A stretch of DNA of 64,000 nt from Calcarisporiella thermophila CBS 279.70. Its lineage: Eukaryota > Fungi > Calcarisporiellomycota. Where the stretch lies: assembly GCF_041956535.1 (NCBI RefSeq), contig NW_027192195.1, positions 1,186,653 through 1,250,652 on the forward strand, read 5' to 3'. Positions within the stretch are counted from its first letter, which is position 1. The number at the start of each line of letters is the position of its first letter. This document shows, piece after piece, positions 36,245-47,536 of this stretch. The notes under the pieces are model-generated. The model was not told where the DNA came from. It ran no database searches and worked only from the letters and a program-made list of their open reading frames with translations. The position numbers and the translations under genes were made by a program.

Positions 36245-38214
36245 ATGGAGAACAAAATGGACGTTGAGGTGGAGATCCCCGAAGAGAAGCGGAAAGAAGA
36301 AACCGACGCACTGGTCATTGCTGGTACTTGATGTGAATTCCTAGCCTACTTTCAAGTTTGATTAATTCTTTTTTTTTTTTTACTTTCCTCCTTTGACCAG
36401 ACATCAAGGCTAATTTCTCCCACTTGGAGCGCGCTGTTCAATCGCTTGAAACCCGTTTCACCGCACGTGCTCTGCGATCCAATGCTTCTATTCGGCGGCG
36501 ATTAAATGCCGAGGTGCTAGAACGCGTGATAAAAGACACTCATTCGAAGAGTACGTTGGATTTGTTATGGTTACTATGAAATCTATGGTTCACAGTGCAT
36601 TAATGTGTCTAGGTAACGATGTGAAGACTTTATTATCCTACATAGACAAGGTTAATTTCAATACCACGTTTTTGCTGTGGATCCTATTCTAAACTTATTC
36701 GTTCTATTTTTATTCTAGGATGTTGAGTCAATGGATCTCGAGACACCCAATTCCGACCAGCAAGTGTTGCCTGAAGTGGATATTTATTTGCGACTGTTAG
36801 TGCTGTTATATCTGCTTGACAAGGAGCAGTATGATAAAGTAATGTCGACGGTTTCTTCGAAATAACTCTTTCCTGCTAATACAAGCGTAATGACAATATT
36901 AGGGTATTAAACTGGCCGACGAGACAGTTGCTAAGGTGCAAGCGCTTAATCGACGCACGATGGACTTGCTCCAGGCACGCGTCTACTTCTACTATGCACG
37001 CTTCCACGAAATCAAAGGACAACTGGATCAGATTAGACCGTAAGCCTGCGAGATAGAACCATTCTTCTCCGAATCGGAAGTTTAGACTATTTCACTTTAA
37101 TAGAACCCTGTTGGCTGCCCAACGCACTACTGCACTTAGACGCGATGACGAGTCTCAAGCCACCCTCTTGAATTTGCTACTACGCAACTATCTCCACTAT
37201 AATCTCTATGACCAAGCCGATAAGATAGTCTCTAAAGCAACCTTTAGCGATCAAGTTGCCAATGCACAGCTTGCCCGCTATGCATACTATCTCGGTTTGT
37301 TACATTATCGACTAGGTTAGGATTTTCTGAGCTAATTTTTTTTTGTATTAAGGTCGAATCAAGGCTATCCAGCTGGAATACAGCACAGCACACACGCAAT
37401 TACTGCAAGCAATTAGGAAGGCGCCCCAGACACCGGCTGCTACTGGATTCCTTCAAACAGTAAGAAGTCATTTTACTCGCTTTTCATCGCGACATTTCTC
37501 ACTATCTGACCGTGTCCTCTCTCATCATCAGGTTCATAAGCTGTTTGTCATTGTGCAGTTGTTGATGGGTGATATTCCTGAGCGCTCGATCTTCAGACAA
37601 CCGACCCTGCGAAAAGCCTTGACACCCTATCTCCATATTGTGCAAGGTAAACCTCCAAACTCACTCTTCGACCTTTTGTTAACGTGGCTAATGCAAATGG
37701 ATGGGTTTTAGCGGTAAGAGTGGGTGACCTTGCCAAATTCCAGGATACACTCCAAGCGCACAGTGTGACTTTCCGTGCCGACAAAAACTACACACTTATC
37801 CAGCGGTTGCGTCACAATGTTATCAAGACCGGAGTGCGTATGATCTCGCTCTCCTACTCACGCATTTCTCTGCGAGATATTGCGGTTAAGCTGCGGCTGG
37901 ATAGTGAGCAGGACGCGGAGCATATCGTGGCCAAGGCAATTCGCGACCGTGTCATTGACGCCGCGCTTGATCACGAGCGGGGCTTCATGTGGTCGCGTGA
38001 GAATCCTGACGTATACTCGACAAATGAGCCTCAGGCAGCGTACCATCACAGGATACGGTTTTGCCTGGACCTGCATAATGATGCAGTGCGGGCCATGCGG
38101 TTCCCTCTGAATGCTCACCGCAAGGAGCTTGTGAGTGCAGAGGAGGCACGGGAGCGGGAGCGGGAGCTAGCCAAGGAAATCGAGGACATTGAGGATGAGA
38201 TGGACGAATTTTAA
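36245..38214 (+). CDS. RPN3: 26S proteasome lid subunit Rpn3 (multi-exon)
   Basis: Motifs [44 protein letters not shown]-terminal RERERE. Confidence 0.95.
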
Positions 38215-38439
38215 GATAGACGGGCGTGTGAGGGTGCAGCTTGTGAGATATATTATTACTCGTCTTACTACACATCAGTAAAAACATGGATACAATAAAA
38301 AAAACATGGTTATATGTTTAAGAGAGAGCATGTTCCCGCTTGCAAAGCTGAATCTGGGAACCATAGGAGAGAAAGGGAAAAGGAAGAATCTTCACGTGTC
38401 TAATGAATTGGGGGAATAAATTAACTCGATATGAATGAA

Positions 38440-39518
38440 TCAAGGAGAATATACAAAATGGGCTCCTATCCCGGCGGTCAAAAACGCAGTGAGCAGCGAT
38501 GAAATAAAGTTGATTTGGTGGCCATCTAATATGTTGACCCCATTCACCTTCTTAACTCCCTCAGCCTTGGTCAGGGTGACTTTTCCTTCTTTCTCGAGGT
38601 AGAGCGATTCCTCGAGCGTCGCTCCCAGTAGTGAGTCGATGAGGGATCCCATGAGTCCCGCGAGAGCACCAATCCAAACAAGATTTAAAGTGGGTAACCA
38701 CCCCACTCTCGCATAGCAAAGAGGTTGACTAAACAGTAGCGAGACCGATGCAACCAGCCCAATTAAGGAGCCTCCTATTAAAGAAGCTGCAAGGCCGAGA
38801 GGTGAAACCGCGCCGTTGGTGCCGGGAGGAACCTAATACATTAAAAAAATTCCTTGAGCGTGAGTCGAAATGAGAAAAATAGGAGAACATTCGTATATAC
38901 TCTGCGAAGAGTTGTGATGAGGATTGGCCAGCCTTTGTTAAGGACACCAATCTCACTGGACCATGTGTCTCCATTACAGCAAGCATAGTGACTAAATATT
39001 CAACCGTGAATAAGTAGGTGGATAGAGATCCGGCAAAATAACCATGTCAGCGTTACCCAAGGTAAAAAAGTATGATATTGCATGCTAGTGGATCAAAGGC
39101 AAAGCAGTCGGTCGAAATGCTACCCCGATAATGAGAATAGGTGTAAATGAGGGCAGCGGCCGTACCAGTAGCTCCATTAGCAAGTACTTGTATCCAATTT
39201 CTTTGTCCGCCTATAAGACATTTTCATCCCCGCATTATTCCAATAATTCAAAAAATAAAACATCGACTAATGCTTTAGCAATTTACCTTCAACGTAATCT
39301 GCATCTAACTCTTTCTTTCGCGCAGCCTTTAATTTGGTTAATCGGGAACTCGAGAAGAAAAATGTAAGTAACACGGTGGTGAATAGACTAAGAGGAGAAG
39401 TGAAGGTCGCAAATCCAACGAGTGATGCAAAAATAATCCCGCTAGTGGAGAGGGAGCGTTTTCGATAGCCATGATAGGCTATAATGGCCACAAAGATGAG
39501 GGCAAGTAGAATGTGCAT
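38440..39518 (-). CDS. TMEM19/DUF92 membrane protein (multi-exon)
   Basis: Motifs KRSLSTSG, FFFSSSRLTK, GGQRNWIQVLANG, GDTWSSEIG, PPGTNG, GSLIDSLLGATL. Confidence 0.9.
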
Positions 39519-39768
39519 GCCTATTCAATAGAGTAATTGGAAAACTAGAGTCGCGATTTTCCTAAACGGAAATCGCATTTAGAAAGAGGCTCAGCAAACC
39601 CAAATGGGAGGTTCAACAAAGTAGCAGCCCGAATCAAATACGAATTTGAATTATGATTAAATAAATCATTTAGAAATAATAGGTATTACTTCATAAACAA
39701 CTCTTATTTATAAAACATTAATATAGTAGAAAAACCTAATCACTCAGCTATTCCTCCGTAAATACCAA

Positions 39769-42701
39769 ATGGACGATGCTGGGGCGTTAAAATTGCTACT
39801 TAGGAAAGAAGAGATAAATGAAGACTCTGATCCTGACGCTCTCAAGCTCGTAAAACAGCTCAATTTTCTGCCTCTTGCAATCGAACTAGCCGGTGCGGTC
39901 TTGAGAAATGATCCTAAACTCACAGCTGGAGAATATCTTTACGGTAATCAGAATCCTGGTATTCTTGAAGACCAAATTATGGAACTTCAAAAGTGTATTA
40001 GCCCCGAAGCTGTGAACCAGCACACACTTTCGAATACTCAAAGACCGTCTTGACTGCATGTAAACGCATGTTCGACCGAATCGAACCACAAAAATTGGCC
40101 CTTTTTCGATCTATTGCATTGCTACATCAGGATGATATTCTTATTTCGCTATTTGACAACCATTCTGACCTGATCCTTGGTCTCGATAGTAGACTATGCT
40201 CCAGTGTATTAATCATTTACATTTTGCAATTGTCTAAATACTCGCTCATCAATCCGTTAAAAGACGAGGGAAGAGATATTACCGCCGCTGATAGCTTTTC
40301 TATTCATCGCTTAGTGCAGAAAGTCATGCTTTATGAAATGTGCCCATCAGAAAAATTGCAACAATGTGAAAAGCTTATCATAGCATTGAAGTAGAGAAAC
40401 AGGAGGTATGGAGGTAGAGAAACAGCTTCCCAAGAATTACGTTCCTTCAAACCACCAATTTCGAAGGATTATGCAATTATATGCGTCCCATATGCAACAT
40501 GTCATTCAAATAATGGAAACGTATAAAGAGAATAAATTCTCCTATAATAACGACTTATTAGACCTTCTCTCGCCAACAGTGATCTTTCTTGCGAGTAGAG
40601 TGCAGTTTGCGGAGGCCAGTAATCTAACTAAACTAGCCATTGATGCTTCGGAAGCAACAAATGGTAAGGGTCACCATTTGACGGCGAAAGCCGAGAGCAA
40701 TTTGTTTTATCTCTTCTTCATGAAGTGTGATTTCGGATCCTCGGAAACCCATTGTTATAATGCATTCACTATTCGCAAGTGGAAATTAGGTATAAAACAC
40801 AAGCTTACGCGGTCATCCCTTCATTATCTTGCGTTCATTTATTACAGGGTAGAAAAACGCGAGAGTACTTTGGCCCCTAGGAAAGAAAGAAAGAAAAGAA
40901 AAGAATAAAAAGAAAGAAGCGGCAAACCACGACGATTATATTGCAATGCGATATTTAGTGGATCGCTTAAAGGAATAGGCCGGAAGAAAATTATGGAAAA
41001 GGAAATACAAAACACGTATAATAGCCGAAGTGAAGTAAGTTATGTATGAGTATGGCAGAATCGATCAGACATCTCTTCACCAATCTGTTCAGAATGGCGA
41101 TGTTGATAGTGTAAGAGCTTTTGCCAGAAATTTCGAGCAATTTATTAATACCGGCGATAGATACGGTCTAATGCCCCTCCACTATGCAACGAAGGATAAT
41201 CTCATCCATATGGCTAGATTGCTTGTTACCGAATTGCGTGCTAAAGTGAACAGTATGGACGACGGAGGAAAAACTCCACTACACGTTGCAGCAGAAAACG
41301 GACATTACAATATGTTTACGAAGTTGGTAACATGGGGAACAGAGGTGAAGATGTGTGACAAATATGGACTGGCGTCAATGCATTTTGCAGCAGCAGGTGA
41401 GAAGTGTAAGTTGGTAAAGAGGCTGAGTAAACATTGTGATGCTGATGCAAATGCAAGGACCGAGGTGAGTGGACGCCGTTGCATTATGCTACGAGAGGAG
41501 GACACTTGGATTTGGTGAAGCTGTTGGTAGAGCAATATGGTGCGGATGCGAACGCCCAGGATGGGGGATGGACCTCGCTGCATTCTGCGACGAAAGGTGT
41601 AACACGACCAAACCTCTACCTCTTTTTATAATTAATATCACTTTCCTTTTATATACGTACTGACCACATGCTCATGAAACGAGTTTTTTTAAGGTTTTTT
41701 CCCCAGAGAATCATCTTTATTTAATACTCGATGTATTTTTCATTATTTCCTCACTGTTCTCTTGAATTCATTATTCATTCTGTTGAATTGAATTCATTAT
41801 TAATTAAGAATCCGAATCAATGAGTCTCAGAACTGTTACAGATGGGCATATAGAGCTCGAAAATATTTTGCTAGAGAATTACGGAGCGTATGCTAACCCG
41901 ACCGAACATGGATGGACCACTTTGCATTCCGCGGTGAAAAGTGGGCACATAGAGCGCGTGAAGCTGTTGGTAGAGCAACACAATGCTGATGTGAACGACA
42001 AGGATGATGGAGGGTGGACATCATTGCATATTGCGGTGTATTATGGGCATGTGGAGTTGGTGAAGCTGTTGGTAGAGCAATGCAATGCTGATGTGAAAGC
42101 CAAGAACGATAGGAGGTGGACATCATTGCATATTGCGGCGAATCGTGGACATGTGGAGTTGGTGAAGCTGTTGGTAGAGCAATACAAAGCTAATGTGAAC
42201 GCCAAGAATAATAAAGGGTGGACATCATTGCATAATGCGGCGTATCATGGGCATATGGAGTTGGTGAAGCTGTTGGTAAAGCAATACAATGCTGATGTGA
42301 ACGCCAAGAATGATGGAGGGTGGACATCATTGCATATTGCGGCGAATCATGGGAATGTGGAGTTGGTGAAGCTGTTGGTAAAGCAATGCAATGCTGATGT
42401 GAATGCCACAACTAAGGATAGATGGACACCATTGCATATTGCGGCGAATCATGGGAACGTGGAGTTAGTGAAGCTGTTGGTAGAGCAATGCAAAGCTGAT
42501 GCAAACGTTAAAACCCAGTACGGATGGCCGGCACTGAGGCTTGCTGAGAAAAAAAGGCACGGCATTGTTATTAAACTGTTGGAGAAAGTAACGAAGATTT
42601 CATATCGTCGCTACAGAGGAAATTTTAGCGCAAGTATACATTACAATACTTTGCTGATTCTTGGAAATTTAATGAAACTATTTCTCTATATAGCATCGTA
42701 G
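39769..42701 (+). pseudogene. Decayed NLR-like locus: NB-ARC C-terminal part, TPR-like segment, ankyrin repeats
   Basis: FLPLAIELAG (GLPL-type) and FSIHRLVQ (MHD-type) motifs, kinesin-light-chain-like TPR segment, at least 10 ankyrin repeats. Frameshifts/stops near 40050, 40392, 40906 and 41465; no P-loop seen. Confidence 0.7.
41910..42590 (+). repeat. 102-bp (34-aa) near-identical ankyrin tandem repeats, ~7 units
   Basis: Trp codons at 41913, 42015, 42117, 42219, 42321, 42423 and 42525; consensus WTSLHIAAxxGHVELVKLLVEQxNADVNAK. Confidence 0.92.
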
Positions 42702-43329
42702 TTGGGATTGGAAATTGGGTATTTAATAGTCCTCTAATGAGCTGTCAGATATCAGTATTCTGTTTTTTTTTTCCGGTGTTTTATGAGATTTTCGCATTTT
42801 TGTTATGTTTGTTAGTATCAGACCGTCTTGATTAATATCCCAAGATGGTCTGTTACTAATAATTTCTAAAATTTTTAGATCAAATATTTGATCCGAGATC
42901 TTATATTCTTTTTGATTGTCTATTCTGATTTAAAAACTATTTCTCTTTGTTCCACATCTATATTTTACCTGTCTATCATACGAACCCTGTTATATCATAC
43001 ATTCCCTTAGTTAGCTTAATTGGTATTACACCATTTTTTATAAAATCAATTGAAACTCCTGTAAGGTTACCATTACAAATCAATATCGTATATTTTGTTA
43101 AAGCAAATTATACAAGCTCCACCACCAGACATATCAGGGAGTATTGTTTGTAACTTTTCACTGATAAAGGCGTATCAAAAAGAAAAATTTCGTGGGATAT
43201 TTTTGCATCAATAAGCAAAGGTAGGCACATACCTTTGTAACTAAACAAGAAAATGCATTTATGGTCTGAAAGTCGTTCCAAGTTTTCTGTCAACCTAACC
43301 CTTTATTATATAATAATATATTCACTAGC

Positions 43330-44348
43330 CTCGCAACATATCTGTTCAACGCGCTCGTGTATCCGTCCTTCTCGAAGAAGGTCATTCCACTCGTGAAATT
43401 GCCGCTCGTGAGGGCACCAGCAGAACAACTGTATCAAGAATACACCAAGATGAAGAGAATGATCCAGAGAGTTCATCAAGAAAGAAATGGGTCGCCCGCG
43501 CAAGTTATCCCGGCGTGATGAAAATAGACTATCCAGGAGCTTGACGACCGGAGAATGTAAGAACGCAGTCAAGACACAAGAACTTTGGAACGAGACGATT
43601 GATCAGGATATCTCCGTTAATACTGTTCGCCAGACACTCCATCGCAATGATTTTGTTGCAAGGGTTCGAAGAAAAAGGCCTCTTCTCACAAAAAAGCATC
43701 GCCTCAGGAGATTGAAGTATGCAAGAAATAATAAGGATTGGACCACTGAAGATTGGAGTTGAGTCATCTTCTCGGATGAGTGCCAAATTCGTATCTTTGG
43801 GGATGAGAGGCGAGAGTGGTACTGGAAGAAGTGTGACGAACCTCTTCAAGATCGCCATATACAATCCGTGATAAAATATGGAGGCGGAAGCATAATGATG
43901 TGGGGTTTATGAGCTATTATGGCATCGGATTTTTATGCCGTATTATAAAAACTCTCGATGCCGAAGTTTATTCGCAAATCCTTGATGATGAATTGATGGC
44001 GACAATCTAGTGGTACAATCTTGACAAGAAAGAAATAATCTTTCAGCATGATAACGACCCAAAGCATAAAACAAAACTCGTCGAACGATGATTCCAAGGC
44101 AACCAGATCCAAGTTCTTGATTGGCCTTCACAATCGCCTGACCTTAATCCCATAGAACATCTATGGGATGAGGTAAAGAGACCACTGCGGGACAGATTCC
44201 CACAGATATCGGGAAAGGATGACCTGTGGGAAAAGGTGAAAGCCGTCTGGGAGTCGCTCACAAAGGACGATTGTGTTAAGTTGATAAATACGATGCCAAG
44301 GCGGATTCAATAAGTTATCAATGCTAGAAGTGGATAAACTGAATTGTA
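43330..44348 (+). mobile_element. Tc1/mariner transposase pseudogene
   Basis: Motifs GRPRKLS, ISVNTVR, KRPLLT..H...RLKYA, VIFSDE, FQHDNDPKH, WPSQSPDLNPIEHLW; several stops and frameshifts; TIRs not identified. Confidence 0.9.
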
Positions 44349-44888
44349 GTTAGAGCATACTTTATTTATCTTAAATATTGACTATTTGTTATAATGAGTC
44401 TTTGGAGAAAGAGAATAAAAAGTTGAAACCATGAGATTTTCAATTTGATAAAATATGAAATTTCCCGAAATATATTAATATTCTTGAAAGGAGAGTTAGC
44501 AATGGGTATTCCACGGGGAATTAGGGGGATTAGCAGAGGGTTTTCAATTATACAAGTGCTAAGTATATAGGGGTTTTCTATGAAGAAATATTTGGGTTGA
44601 ATGTAAAAATAATAGGGTGGCATGAAACTTTTAAGAGGCTCTTTAAGTTTACACACACTAGTTTAATTCACCTTTTACTTCGATATCATATTGGAAAAAA
44701 ACCCGACTCTATCGAGATCCCTGCGCCTAGCGGATTCTTTGCATCATGCTCAATGACCTATTCTTAAACTCCCAGTCACAAATTAGGGCTAATCTCAGTT
44801 GTGTTCCCCAAATCTCGCCTTTTTTTCCTTCCGCTCTAAAATCCCCATTCGACTTTAGGGGTTAAAGGGGCATTAATTTTTGGTCACC

Positions 44889-47126
44889 ATGAGCTTGGAG
44901 ATTATAATCAACTCGGCGCACAGTACCACACAGCAGCCCCCAACTCCACCGTCGGAAGACGATGACCGCCAACGTTATGTCATTCCTTCCATTTCCTCCT
45001 CGGGCCAATTTGCCTCCTTGTCATGTGAGGAAAGCGGTATCCAGCCTCCTACATTCCCCGAGGCGGATATATGCCAGGCCCTAACCTATGAATTGACCCC
45101 CCTGAAGACCATGGTGGAGCGCTTTCGACGCGGGGCGGAGGCGGTGCATCTCTGCACCCATTTCATTGGCGCCGCACTAGCCGCGGAGCAGTCCAAGAGG
45201 GGCGGGAAATTGGAGACAGTGGAGACCTGGATATATCGTTTTGGGGTCTATTTAGAGCTTCTCTCTGAACTTGCCCGACTTGCTAAGCTCCGTGGTGCTT
45301 GCGTCGACTCGGAGTTGAACTCTGTGCAACAAGAATGGAAGGAAATGCTGGCGCGCGTGGACGAGGCCAAACGTGGGATGCAGGGCAATAAGCAGCGTAA
45401 AGATATTGAAAACCGAATGAATGCAATCGAGGCACAGCTGCATGGGTTGGAAGAGACGATGGGCTTATTTCGGGAGAACCGCCGCGAGATACTACCCCAT
45501 TCTCCAACCTCGACCGAAGGCAATAGCCATCACGAGCTGCGGAGATCGCGGGATGATTTATGGCTCATGCATATCGATGAGAAGGCGGAGCCCCTCTATT
45601 CTCTGATTGATTATGTTTACTCGTGTTTGACGGCCCCGGATGCTCCCTCTGATCCGGAGGGAGTTCTGGCGCAGCGCTACACAAGCATTCAGAAGCGGTG
45701 GGAACTTATGAAGCAGGACCTTGACGAGCTCAGAGAGCGGCTCAAGGAGGATAGATGGGTCGAGTTTTTCTTTCATGTTACTCATCAGGTCGATGTGATG
45801 ATGGACTCGGTGCAAGCCTCCGTGGATCGCTTCAAACGTATGCTAAGAACAAAGGAGCGAGGGGAGTTTAGCAAGGAAGCGGCCTATGCATTTGTGAAAG
45901 GGTTCGATGCGAAGCGCTGCTTTTATTCACCGGCTATTGAGAGGATGGTTGTGGCTATAGGAAGTAGCATTAATGCGAAAGGAATCAAACATGCTGAGAT
46001 TTTGAGGAGAGAGCGTGCGGTTTGTGAGAGATGGCGGCAATTGAAGAGCACCCTTGACGAGATTCAGATGCAAGTACCCAAATTGGCCTCAGAGCTGAGT
46101 GAGCCGATGACGCCCTCTCCACCACGCCATCTTCGATCCGGGCTTTCCCACCTGTCCCCCAATACCCAAGGGGACAGCCGACTTTTGTCCCCCTCCCTTC
46201 TGCGCCCCAGGGCCTCCACCATACCGCAGTATGAGCGCGCGCTGTCTGCTTGCTCTTTGAGTCGCTCAGAGTCTCGCTCCTCCATGTCCAGCGTCACTTC
46301 GACTGCCTCTACAACCAGACCACGGCTCAGATCCAGGGCATACACCTCTATCCATGACCGTCCCCGCTGGAACTCGTCTACTAAAATCGATGCGCCTCCA
46401 AAGATATCACTTCCAGATCGACCAGTGGAAACCTCCCGGTGTAAGACTCCAACTCAGGCGAGGGTGAATAGCAGAGCGAGAACTCCCACCCCGCGTACCC
46501 CAACTCGCACCTCTAAGGGAACGGATAAAGGGTGCACCACCCCAAAAGACGCCATTCCCTCCCTTTCGGTCACTCCAACGGCAAGCAGTCCTTCCTCCCG
46601 AGCGACCACGCCCACCTTGGGTGACGGGAGAGTTACTCCAACGCCCTCCTATACATCTCGGTCGCGAGTTAATTCAAACGGTAAAATTTCCATGATTCCA
46701 CGGCCCGTACGCAGGGTTTCCACATGCAGCACTGCAAGCGAAAGTAATGATGATAAGCCGGCCTTCAGTTCAAACGGCAAAAACCAGACCTCGAATGCCT
46801 CGAATAAGCCCACTCAACCGTTCTCGGGTTCAGCGCCTGCCACGCCTCCTCACCTTCAAATGCCCGACCTTGACCGAGAGGTAACCCGTATCCTTCAATC
46901 TTTGCCCATCACTGTCCCATGCACGCGTGTCACCCCTGTCAATGACGGCGAGGCCCGCTACCAATTTTCAGAAAATGGGCGCAGTATGCTGTGCCGGCTC
47001 GTGCACAGGAATAACCGAGTTCTGGTGCGCGATACCATTGGTTGGATGGAGCTGGAGGGGTGGCTGCTACAAAAGGGACGCGGCATTGTCAAAGATATAC
47101 GAAATCAGAGTATGAATATTGGATAA
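44889..47126 (+). CDS. Kar9-like coiled-coil protein with C-terminal GAR/GAS2-like domain
   Basis: Coiled coil with LKEDRW..FF, RPRWNSS Kar9-like motif, S/P/T/R-rich tail, C-terminal YQF...CRL...VLVRDTIGWMELEGWL; intronless. Confidence 0.7.
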   Translation: MSLEIIINSAHSTTQQPPTPPSEDDDRQRYVIPSISSSGQFASLSCEESGIQPPTFPEADICQALTYELTPLKTMVERFRRGAEAVHLCTHFIGAALAAEQSKRGGKLETVETWIYRFGVYLELLSELARLAKLRGACVDSELNSVQQEWKEMLARVDEAKRGMQGNKQRKDIENRMNAIEAQLHGLEETMGLFRENRREILPHSPTSTEGNSHHELRRSRDDLWLMHIDEKAEPLYSLIDYVYSCLTAPDAPSDPEGVLAQRYTSIQKRWELMKQDLDELRERLKEDRWVEFFFHVTHQVDVMMDSVQASVDRFKRMLRTKERGEFSKEAAYAFVKGFDAKRCFYSPAIERMVVAIGSSINAKGIKHAEILRRERAVCERWRQLKSTLDEIQMQVPKLASELSEPMTPSPPRHLRSGLSHLSPNTQGDSRLLSPSLLRPRASTIPQYERALSACSLSRSESRSSMSSVTSTASTTRPRLRSRAYTSIHDRPRWNSSTKIDAPPKISLPDRPVETSRCKTPTQARVNSRARTPTPRTPTRTSKGTDKGCTTPKDAIPSLSVTPTASSPSSRATTPTLGDGRVTPTPSYTSRSRVNSNGKISMIPRPVRRVSTCSTASESNDDKPAFSSNGKNQTSNASNKPTQPFSGSAPATPPHLQMPDLDREVTRILQSLPITVPCTRVTPVNDGEARYQFSENGRSMLCRLVHRNNRVLVRDTIGWMELEGWLLQKGRGIVKDIRNQSMNIG

Positions 47127-47536
47127 GCATACGAACGAATCGGACACTCCATGGAAACATTTCAATATAGAAAACTAATTTTGTATGATATTTATTTTGG
47201 TATAATTTTTTTTTTATTTCACTATTATTTTCTCGTACACTTGCCTTTATTTCCTTGTTCATATTCGTTGACATCTTTATTCATGTAACGTATTCTCTCT
47301 ATTCCTTTGACTCCTGTATTTTCCTTTTCATTTTTTGGCTCTCTATTTCGGTATTTCAAAACATGGACAAGAATATCTATTACGATGCTTTGATTGAACT
47401 CTGCTGCTCCTCCCATTATTGGCGGCTTGGAATTTTCTGCAGAGCTCTTATTTTTAGATCCATATATTGATATCAACCATAGGCATCTCATATCTTCCTC
47501 CCAATTAATACGGCATAATTCACCCCAATATAATAG

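Noticed and set aside
41910-42590. Regularly spaced repeats as a CRISPR array
   Set aside because: The period is 102 bp and in frame, encoding ankyrin repeats; there are no unique spacers or cas genes, and the context is eukaryotic.
43330-44348. RIP-like hypermutation of the Tc1 relic
   Set aside because: The lesions look mixed (stops of several types plus indels); this cannot be shown without aligning other copies.
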